DNA of 32,000 bases from Psychrobacter sp. HD31 (GCF_051097895.1 NZ_CP142525.1:150001-182000); one strand, 5' to 3'; positions 9,703 to 16,943 are shown, numbered from the stretch's first letter. The notes: generated from the letters alone by a model not told the origin. Numbers and translations are program-made.

Positions 9703-9839
9703 CCATTTGCTTGTATACGAACGTACCCAAAACACGCTATTATGCTATTAATTCCTTTCTATTCTATGCGTACCAAGGGACACAGAGGATTTAATAAAAT
9801 GCTATTGCGTGCTATTAGGTGCTATTTATGCTATTAATT
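9703..9839 (+). repeat. Iteron-bearing repeat, copy B (downstream of umuC)
   Basis: Direct repeat of copy A. It shares AAAACACGCTATTATGCTATTAATTCCTTTCTA, CTATGCGTACCAAGGGA and GCTATTGCGTGCTATTAGGTGCTATT.ATGCTATTAATT. Confidence 0.85.
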
Positions 9840-10091
9840 TACTAATTTTAATATAACCTGATGAATTTAAAAGATAATTTAGAGCCTAAATAATGGGTGT
9901 AGGGGTTGTAGGTATTTTGCCTATAACTGTAGGATGATTGCTCGCCTGATTAGGCTTGCTGATAGGGTGATAATGATATTGTGAAGTCCAAATTTGGGCT
10001 TTGCTTAAAAATCAATAATTTAAAAAAATAAAGGGATACGCTTGGAACGCACCCCTTTATCAACCACATTTAATACTTATTAAGATTATAT

Positions 10092-12308
10092 TTATTTGTC
10101 AGTAAATACTTTTGGGTTGAGTTCTATACTGGCTTTGTTGTCGTGTTTAATCTCTCGTATGTGGTTATTATCTTTTAATATCTTGATAAGTGGGTCTAGC
10201 TTTTTCTTTTTGCGTAAGCTTGTAGGTGTTATGCCTTGCTGTAGTTTTACCCTAGGAACAATAGTTATATTATTCTCACGGCAATAGTTAATAAGCCAGT
10301 TTTCTACTCTATCTGCTTGTACTAGTTTTTCATCAAAATCCGTATAGCCTCCATAGCGTTCCCACTCCATGAGGCTATGCTCTGCCAATTTAATGCCACT
10401 GACCATTAGTTCGGGTGTTATTGCCTCTGACCCTTCAAAAAATGCCAACACGGTTGCAATGCGTATTGCGTTTGGTAAGGCTCTACCTGCAAATGACTTT
10501 AGGTGTACAAACTTGCCAGCACGTCCAACCTTTTTTTCAATATCATTATAAAAGTTCATTGCTAGGGTGTCGGCTTCATCGGTAAGGGGTATAACAGGGC
10601 GTTCAATGCGTCCGTCTATACTTTGAGGTGGTATTTTATCGAGTAAAAACTGGCAACGCCTCCAGTATTCAACTAAGCGTTTATCTTTGTAAAACTCTCT
10701 ATTATTTTTCCATGTATCTGCGGTATGGGTACGCTTGCCCGCCAAGGTGTCGGGGGCAGTGAATAAAAACCTACACAAAAAGCCTTGCTCCATCATCATT
10801 TTGTCATTTAGCACTTTTTCTAAGGCTACCTTTTGCCCTAGCATGTTAATACACAAACGCACGTCATAAGCCACGCCTGACCCATTCGCATTTGAACGTG
10901 AGCGGTGACGTGCTACTGGCTCACCATCCCATGTTTCTGTACATATGGATAGGGTAGACCCTTGATTATCTGCACTAAATGAGTATGACCCAAATACTTT
11001 GCTTGCTTCACCGCCAGTGATATAAGCACTTTTAAGGTGTTCATGAATATAAGAGCCCACAAGGCTGTCTATTGTAAAATCGCTATATATGGCTTTTGGG
11101 TTTAATGGTTTGGGGTATTTTTGTTCGTATTCCTCTTTCGCTTTATTACCTTTGCATTGTGCTAGGGCTTTGTTATGCTCTTCTAATCTGTCTAGGTATT
11201 GGTTGTATTCTTTTTTGTCATGCTCAACTATCCGTAAATTAGCTTTATTGATACAAGAGGATTTTCTATCTCCACTATCTCCCTCAATCATAATAAACAA
11301 GCTACAAGGCTCGCCATATTGATGTTGGAATGAGCGGGCATTTACATGGTTTTGGGCTAAATAAGCCATCGCCCCAAGTACCGTATGACCAGCCATAGCT
11401 ATGCTGGCTTGTGAGTGCTGTGCTATAGCACTAACCGCATTTTTAGCCAGTGGTGGAAAAGCGTCTAATGGGTATCGGTTGGGTTCGCCCCGTTCATTTA
11501 TTAATAAAGTAAAAGGCTCGCTTTTATTAATTTCATCCCAAGATAGTTGTTTTTTTTCATCATCAGATAGGGTAGTAGATGTATTGGCTATATTCATACG
11601 GTGGATGTCTGCATTATCCATTAATCGTATAACCTCTGTATTATCTATCTCCCAGTCTATGGCAAATTCTAGGGCATATATAGCAACATTGGTATTGGTT
11701 AGTAGGGTCTTGTAGTCGCTAAGCTCATGTATGCCTATAGGGGCTATTAAACGCCCTTTGGCTTTAAATTGCCATTGCTTGGCTACATAGGCAAGGTTTG
11801 CAGGTGTAAAGCACACCATGATGGTTGCTGTACTATCTAGTTTGTAAAGATTTAGCCCCGCCTGTAGGTCTGCTACCAGGTAAACTTTATTATCCGTGGT
11901 AAAGGAAGAGCCGATAATAAAAGCACCTTGCGGATGTATTATTGGTTCAAAAATGGTTTTACCTTGAATACCTTTATCATCAATGGGTGGAATCATGGCG
12001 GTGTTAGTAGGCTGTAAATCACTATTTACCAAAGGTAATAATAAATGATTAATGCAATTTATATTGCCATTGTCTCCTTTAGTAAAGCCTTCTTTAGTGA
12101 GCAGTATATTACCGCTAATAATTGCACTTGCAGGTAGGTGTGCTAAAGGCTCATGGTATTGGCTTATTACATCATTGGTAGCACGGTTATTCTCAAATAA
12201 TCTTATGAGTTGTTGTGCAGGATTTTGATTTAATGATGGTTCATTTGCTGGCGGTTCATTGCCACCTTTGGTTGTACTTTGCTTAGTTTTATCGGTTTGG
12301 GTATTCAC
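10092..12308 (-). CDS. DUF3987 (YfjI-like) primase/helicase-like replication protein
   Basis: 738 aa. The central block YPLDAFPPLAKNAVSAIAQHSQASIAMAGHTVLGAMAYLAQ matches the characteristic DUF3987 N-terminal motif. A P-loop-like GDSGDRKS follows. The gene sits downstream of alpA, as in CP4-57. Confidence 0.65.
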   Translation of the reverse strand: MNTQTDKTKQSTTKGGNEPPANEPSLNQNPAQQLIRLFENNRATNDVISQYHEPLAHLPASAIISGNILLTKEGFTKGDNGNINCINHLLLPLVNSDLQPTNTAMIPPIDDKGIQGKTIFEPIIHPQGAFIIGSSFTTDNKVYLVADLQAGLNLYKLDSTATIMVCFTPANLAYVAKQWQFKAKGRLIAPIGIHELSDYKTLLTNTNVAIYALEFAIDWEIDNTEVIRLMDNADIHRMNIANTSTTLSDDEKKQLSWDEINKSEPFTLLINERGEPNRYPLDAFPPLAKNAVSAIAQHSQASIAMAGHTVLGAMAYLAQNHVNARSFQHQYGEPCSLFIMIEGDSGDRKSSCINKANLRIVEHDKKEYNQYLDRLEEHNKALAQCKGNKAKEEYEQKYPKPLNPKAIYSDFTIDSLVGSYIHEHLKSAYITGGEASKVFGSYSFSADNQGSTLSICTETWDGEPVARHRSRSNANGSGVAYDVRLCINMLGQKVALEKVLNDKMMMEQGFLCRFLFTAPDTLAGKRTHTADTWKNNREFYKDKRLVEYWRRCQFLLDKIPPQSIDGRIERPVIPLTDEADTLAMNFYNDIEKKVGRAGKFVHLKSFAGRALPNAIRIATVLAFFEGSEAITPELMVSGIKLAEHSLMEWERYGGYTDFDEKLVQADRVENWLINYCRENNITIVPRVKLQQGITPTSLRKKKKLDPLIKILKDNNHIREIKHDNKASIELNPKVFTDK

Positions 12309-12357
12309 TGATTACCTCTGTTTTATCTATTTCATTATATGAATGGGTGGTATTTGC

Positions 12358-12789
12358 TTAACGTCTGCCATAGCGTGATAGTCGTCTTTTTTGGTAGTGA
12401 CGTTTGCGTTTTTTGTAGCGGTTTCGTCTTTGTTCGGCTGTTGTGTTTAGCGTGCTGTGACTTAACCTGTACTGGTCGCATTGCCTAGAAGGGTGTAGAT
12501 GTTCAAAGCCTGTAATGCAACCTATGTGGATAGTGCATTGCTCTACTTGCCAGCCATATTGTGGTTTGTCTGCTTGTAGAGCTAGGCAAGTTTGCTTTGC
12601 TTGTTCTAGGGTCAGGGGTATGCCAGTAACCCCAAAGGGGGCTACTGGGTTGCCTGTTTGATTGACGGCATAGTATTGGATATAGTCGCCATCTAATACA
12701 CACTCAAAGTCGCTTAGGTCGTTAAGGCTGGTTATGCTTTTGGGCAGGTCAATACTCGATATAGTGGTACTGGTTGTATTTGTATTCAC
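12358..12789 (-). CDS. Hypothetical protein with an extremely basic C-terminal tail
   Basis: 143-aa ORF whose start overlaps the stop of the upstream gene by 4 nt. The tail reads RRNRYKKRKRHYQKRRLSRYGRR. Confidence 0.6.
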   Translation of the reverse strand: MNTNTTSTTISSIDLPKSITSLNDLSDFECVLDGDYIQYYAVNQTGNPVAPFGVTGIPLTLEQAKQTCLALQADKPQYGWQVEQCTIHIGCITGFEHLHPSRQCDQYRLSHSTLNTTAEQRRNRYKKRKRHYQKRRLSRYGRR

Positions 12790-13658
12790 AATATACCCCC
12801 AACACGTCCGTTAGTAGTTTTTGCCATTTCATCATTTAGTCTATTGATGGTATGACGTATAAAATCGGCATTGGTTTCACTGCTTAGTTGTGCTAGTCGT
12901 GCAAGGGCTTGGATTTGGCTTATACTATCTAGTGCTTTGATTGTTGCAAAAAGGCTGGTTAGGTTGTTTAAGGCTTCATAAACGCATAATAAATCATCTA
13001 TATTGCTTCGTGCCTCACCAACTGGTAAAGAGATGGTTTCATTTTGGATATTTGCATTACCTTGTGGTATATCAGTTACGTTATTAGAAGGGTTATTACT
13101 GGCTGGTACTATTGCGTCACTGGGAGGTCTAATCACCTTATAACCATCATATTCTGCCTGTAACTCTTGCATAGTGACAATATTGCTTAGGATATTATCC
13201 ATTGCTTCTAGTTTCGCTTTACTGTTACGGGTGTCTAGCCCTGCTTTTTGGTTTAATTCAACTTCTGCATTTAGTTGATTGAGTGCATTATGAGCATATT
13301 TGCACCAGTCGTTAAGGGTAGGTGTTTGATGATTAAATGCCTTTGTTGGCTCACTTGCCAGCTTGGCGGGCATGTGCGTTTGCAACTGAATACGCATTAG
13401 GTCGATACTTTTTATTACTTCCTTACTGTCTGTTGTAAAATCCATGGTTAGGATTTCATCAATAGTTTGTAGGTGTCTGATTGTTTGTGTATCGTGCGAG
13501 TGGGTTTGAGTATAAGCCTTGGTAGCCGTTTTTAGAGCGTCTAATAGCTCTATTTGCTCTACCTTGCAGGTAATGCTGTCTTGACTGTCGCCAAGTAGCT
13601 GTAACAGCTCATCACGGTTAATTTGTGTGGTTATTGGGGTTTGGTTTGATGTGGTCAT
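12786..13658 (-). CDS. Hypothetical protein, apparently alpha-helical
   Basis: 290-aa ORF with 4-nt start/stop overlaps on both sides, consistent with translational coupling. No family was recognised. Confidence 0.6.
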   Translation of the reverse strand: MTTSNQTPITTQINRDELLQLLGDSQDSITCKVEQIELLDALKTATKAYTQTHSHDTQTIRHLQTIDEILTMDFTTDSKEVIKSIDLMRIQLQTHMPAKLASEPTKAFNHQTPTLNDWCKYAHNALNQLNAEVELNQKAGLDTRNSKAKLEAMDNILSNIVTMQELQAEYDGYKVIRPPSDAIVPASNNPSNNVTDIPQGNANIQNETISLPVGEARSNIDDLLCVYEALNNLTSLFATIKALDSISQIQALARLAQLSSETNADFIRHTINRLNDEMAKTTNGRVGGIL

Positions 13659-14074
13659 GATTGACCTCCTAATAGATTTTGAGTTAATGCCACGCTATGA
13701 AAATTCATAGGGTAACGGGTCTTACTCTCGGTACTATTAGTAACCGCCCTGCATATTCGCCTAATGGCTTTTGTATTTTGCAACGTCAACCCGTTATAAG
13801 GTGGTAAATTGATTACCATAGATACAACGGTTTTACCCTGTTGGGTAAATTGCTTTGTACTTTTATACTGGTTTGGTTGAGAGCCGTGCCAGTTTTTTTG
13901 CACAAAAAAAGCCAATGGTTCACGGATTGGCTGTCCGCTAATAGTTTTAGAGAGGTCTCCAGTATAGGCGAATGCACAACTAAAAGGCAAGCACAATAAT
14001 ATAAATATGATTATTGCCATGCAGGTATCTTTTATTCTTTTAGCTAGTTTATGTTTGGGTTGTTTGGTGGTCAT
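13655..14074 (-). CDS. Hypothetical small secreted or membrane-anchored protein
   Basis: 139 aa. A basic N-terminus (KHKLAKRIK) is followed by a hydrophobic segment AIIIFILLCLPFSCAFA. It overlaps both neighbours by 4 nt. Confidence 0.55.
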   Translation of the reverse strand: MTTKQPKHKLAKRIKDTCMAIIIFILLCLPFSCAFAYTGDLSKTISGQPIREPLAFFVQKNWHGSQPNQYKSTKQFTQQGKTVVSMVINLPPYNGLTLQNTKAIRRICRAVTNSTESKTRYPMNFHSVALTQNLLGGQS

Positions 14075-15171
14075 TTGTTTGCTCCGTTATTAATTGAGTC
14101 ACTTATAGACGCAAGTAACAATCCAGCGGGGTTGTAATGAGTTAAACCATGGGTCATGGCATGGTCAAAGATAAGCCCTGTCTCTCGGATTATCGCCATA
14201 GCTTGGTCGCTGTCTGCTTTCTCTTGAACATCAAGCATGATGGCTTCAATATTGCCGTGTGATATATCCCTAATATCCATAGAACCAATCAGCGGTTTAA
14301 CAAAATGAATATAGGCAGCATACAAACGGTCGTTTGTGCTTTTATCTAGTTGAGCTTTATGCTCTGCAAACCACCCTTGTGCAATGTCATCAAATAGATT
14401 GGAGCGGTGCATGGTTGTGGTTTTTACTACTGGGGAGCTTGGATTTAAGTGTATAAAGCCGTTTATCTCATCGCTAAAGGTTTGTAGCCTTGTTTGTAGA
14501 ATTTGATTAATTACGGCTAAATGGTGGGCGTTATCGTCTTTGCTCATCATGATAAAACCAATATCATCACGGTAAAGGTTGTGGTTATGGCGTGTGGTTG
14601 TATCTTCAATGTTGTTTAAGGGGCTACTCCCAAAACTTGCACAGTCGGCAATAAAGCGGTGTCCTTTAAGTGTAACCATTGTGAGGAGATACTCGCCTCG
14701 TTTTGACGGGTAAACGTCATTTATATTGAGGGGGTCAGTAGGCTTGATTTGCTCTATGTCGTGAACATAGGCAAAGTTGCTGGCACGTGTACTCCACTCG
14801 TCATTATGTGACTTGTATTTAGTAGAGTAGTCGGGGTGGTTGCGTATGTCATCATTGGTTAAACCATTGTTAAGGGCATGAGATAACTCCTCATAGTCCA
14901 TATATTGGCGGTTAACAATTAATATACTATCTACGGTATCATTGATACATTCTAGCCAGCCATTGGCTATGTGAATGGTCATATCCGCTACATAATCCCA
15001 ATCGGTACAATCAAAGCCAACATTGATATGGTTGCCTTTTTTACTGGTAGCAATAAGCACATACTTGTGTTGCTTTGCCTGCTCTAGGTTAGTTACCCAA
15101 GGTTTACCGTTAGCAGTGGCGTTGTCATTAAATGGGTCGGGGTGTACGGTATGAATTGGTTGTTTAGTCAT
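14071..15171 (-). CDS. Hypothetical protein: unknown N-terminal region fused to an integrase core-binding (SAM-like) domain, with no catalytic domain
   Basis: 366 aa. Residues ~260-350 align at roughly 45-50 percent identity (hand count) with residues ~101-190 of the island integrase. The shared blocks are FD.IAQ.W.AE.K..L.K.T.DR.Y.AY...VKP.IG.M.I.DI and IRE.G.IF.HA...GL...NPA. Confidence 0.6.
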   Translation of the reverse strand: MTKQPIHTVHPDPFNDNATANGKPWVTNLEQAKQHKYVLIATSKKGNHINVGFDCTDWDYVADMTIHIANGWLECINDTVDSILIVNRQYMDYEELSHALNNGLTNDDIRNHPDYSTKYKSHNDEWSTRASNFAYVHDIEQIKPTDPLNINDVYPSKRGEYLLTMVTLKGHRFIADCASFGSSPLNNIEDTTTRHNHNLYRDDIGFIMMSKDDNAHHLAVINQILQTRLQTFSDEINGFIHLNPSSPVVKTTTMHRSNLFDDIAQGWFAEHKAQLDKSTNDRLYAAYIHFVKPLIGSMDIRDISHGNIEAIMLDVQEKADSDQAMAIIRETGLIFDHAMTHGLTHYNPAGLLLASISDSINNGANK

Positions 15172-15173
15172 GA

Positions 15174-15464
15174 TTAAGCTACCCCGTCATCGTTATAGTT
15201 TTCGTCATTTGAGGCTTGGGCTTTGAACCAAGCGTGCACGTCCTCATTTGCCCATGCTGTTACTGTTGGGCTTAATTTATGAGGTTTAGGGAATAAGCCC
15301 TCTTTAGTCCATTTCCAAAGCGTGCTTTCGCCAATGGGTAAATAGGGTAGTAGCTGTTTTGCTCGACTAAAGCCATTAACGGGTAAGGCTGGGGGCTGGG
15401 TGTTGCTAGTTTGTCTATCTAATTCGCTTTTATTTGCGTTTTGAGAGGTGTTTGCGGTAGTCAT
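15174..15464 (-). CDS. alpA: AlpA-family helix-turn-helix regulator (excision/transcription activator)
   Basis: LPIGESTLWKWTKEGLFPKPHKLSPTVTAWANEDVHAWF matches the Phage_AlpA pattern. The start at M18 (15464) is preferred because AAGGAA lies upstream. The longest ORF would start at 15515. Confidence 0.8.
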   Translation of the reverse strand: MTTANTSQNANKSELDRQTSNTQPPALPVNGFSRAKQLLPYLPIGESTLWKWTKEGLFPKPHKLSPTVTAWANEDVHAWFKAQASNDENYNDDGVA

Positions 15465-15578
15465 AGTACAATTCCTTATCTTTAAGTTGTAAATGCTTAA
15501 ATACACTATTGTCATCTATCACCGTGGTAATGAATGACGCTAGATGTTTGGAATTGTAGAAGTTGGAGCGTTTCAGTG

Positions 15579-15590
15579 TTCTAATTAGAA
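15579..15590. promoter_or_regulatory. Perfect palindrome TTCTAATTAGAA upstream of alpA (candidate operator)
   Basis: 12-bp perfect palindrome. Its 10-bp core TCTAATTAGA recurs at 15652-15661. Confidence 0.35.
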
Positions 15591-15640
15591 TAATTAGTTT
15601 TATTTAGAATGTTAACTTATTGTTTTTTAATATTTTACAT

Positions 15641-15672
15641 AAGAATACCGCTCTAATTAGAACGGTATTCTT
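15641..15672 (-). terminator. 10-bp perfect hairpin at the end of the 285-aa cargo gene
   Basis: AAGAATACCG-12 nt loop-CGGTATTCTT. The loop contains the stop codon and the TCTAATTAGA palindrome. There is no clean U-tract on the minus strand. Confidence 0.4.
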
Positions 15673-16510
15673 TTGCTTCATCAATAACTTTTTTAAAGGT
15701 ATCTTTACTTATAAAGTCTATATCATGAGTATCTGCATGAATTTTTAATTTTTGGTACAAGGTGTAAGGATGTTTTGTATCAAAGCCTCCTTCGTCTAGT
15801 AATAAGTGAATTAGTTTTAAATATGATGATTTGCTTTTATGGTTAAGTTTATCTGATGGTTTTATTAGCTCTTTTGACTTTTCTTTAGTTGAGGTTGATT
15901 GAAGCTTTGGCTGGCATATCACTTGTACTTGGTGATTTGGGATGAAGATAGTATCTTTGGTTAGTTTCGCCCCTTTGATAATATCTTTTGGTAATTCGGA
16001 TGGTTTTGTTTTATTAGGTAGCATAAATGATAAGGTATATTCAAAAGGCATAAAAACAGTTGAAGTTTTTTTAGCTTCTTCATTCATCAATACTGCATAT
16101 CGGCAATACACCTCATTGGTTATGCCCATAAGTAAATTTTTAATAGTTTCGCTATATCCATGCCAGCCAGTAGCAGAAAAATACCCACCAATAGGTTTTA
16201 ACTCTGTAGTTGTTGTATTCCATTTTTCCAAGTATTTATTTATGTCATCATGAGAATAAAAGTCGTCAGTAACTAAAAAACCATAACTCGCTAAATTAAA
16301 GCAAATGTCAATCTGATTATTAAAATATAGGTTGTATAAATCTATCATCTGAAAGCTAGGATTAGACAATCTTAATTTATGTAATGCAGTCTCTATTGAA
16401 ATATAATCACTCATAAATACACCCATGCACCCACAAAGTAAAATAAGAGCTATGGCGGGCAAGGTTAGGGTGCATAATGCCCTTGCGTTCGGGTAATTAC
16501 TCCTAGCCAT
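15653..16510 (-). CDS. Hypothetical cargo protein, possibly a signal-anchored or lipoprotein
   Basis: 285-aa ORF in the AT-rich slot. The N-terminus MARSNYPNARALCTLTLPAIALILLCGC has a positive n-region, a hydrophobic core and a lipobox-like LCGC. Alternative starts are at 16426 and 16414. No family was recognised. Confidence 0.55.
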   Translation of the reverse strand: MARSNYPNARALCTLTLPAIALILLCGCMGVFMSDYISIETALHKLRLSNPSFQMIDLYNLYFNNQIDICFNLASYGFLVTDDFYSHDDINKYLEKWNTTTTELKPIGGYFSATGWHGYSETIKNLLMGITNEVYCRYAVLMNEEAKKTSTVFMPFEYTLSFMLPNKTKPSELPKDIIKGAKLTKDTIFIPNHQVQVICQPKLQSTSTKEKSKELIKPSDKLNHKSKSSYLKLIHLLLDEGGFDTKHPYTLYQKLKIHADTHDIDFISKDTFKKVIDEAKEYRSN

Positions 16511-16536
16511 AGCAAACTGGTTAACCCATTGGAGGG

Positions 16537-16806
16537 TTAAAATAGTTTTTCTAATGCCTCATGTTTTAAAGTTATTAAAGCGGTCTTGTCATCTTCAAAT
16601 CTTATAAAAACCGTTACGTCATCAACATTGCCTGTTAAGCTGTATCCTGCTAGACCACCGAGTAAAGCACCAACGCCACCAGTTAGCATACCTGCTGTAA
16701 GTGCAAACATGCTACCTTGGAATACACTGTAGCCATGCTTTTTGGCTTGGTGGTGGTCGATTATGTCAATGCTGTATATCTCGTTAAGTTTACGACCTTT
16801 TGCCAC
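16537..16806 (-). CDS. Small glycine-zipper membrane protein, probably the -1 frame continuation of ORF 16761-16943
   Basis: 89-aa ORF with GMLTGGVGALLGGLAGYS. It has a GTG start with no SD. It is reachable from the upstream ORF by a -1 shift at A_AAA_AAC. Confidence 0.5.
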   Translation of the reverse strand: MAKGRKLNEIYSIDIIDHHQAKKHGYSVFQGSMFALTAGMLTGGVGALLGGLAGYSLTGNVDDVTVFIRFEDDKTALITLKHEALEKLF

Positions 16807-16943
16807 TGGTTTTTTTCTTTAAAAAAACGTCCTTTTTCTTCCATCTCATAAAAATAAATAAAACTGCCACTAATCCAACCATCTTTGATTAAGTAGTGGT
16901 TACTGTCATGCGTTGTAAAATTGTGTATTCCTAAAAAAGCCAT
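16761..16943 (-). CDS. Upstream 60-aa ORF (zero frame) of the split cargo gene
   Basis: ATG at 16943 is preceded by GAGGG 7 nt upstream. It overlaps the 89-aa ORF by 46 nt in a different frame. Confidence 0.45.
   Translation of the reverse strand: MAFLGIHNFTTHDSNHYLIKDGWISGSFIYFYEMEEKGRFFKEKNQWQKVVNLTRYTALT

Noticed and set aside
9898-9933. Three TGTAGG hexamers between repeat copy B and the DUF3987 gene end
   Set aside because: There are only three short copies with irregular spacing (9 and 21 bp), so chance occurrence cannot be excluded.
10096-11715. Plus-strand ORFs 10096-10287, 10369-10551, 11089-11322 and 11401-11715
   Set aside because: They are antisense shadows of the 738-aa DUF3987 gene.
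12503-12703. 66-aa ORF nested out of frame in the 143-aa gene, plus the antisense ORF 15942-16253 inside the 285-aa gene
   Set aside because: They are nested within longer ORFs that are translationally coupled or bounded by clear signals, and have no support of their own.
15465-15515. Longest-ORF starts for alpA (15515), rpsF (20700), umuC (8409), lolA (30780), ppsR (24597) and the helicase (1515)
   Set aside because: The downstream ATGs have better SD spacing and reproduce the canonical family N-termini. The upstream extensions use GTG/TTG or add non-conserved residues.
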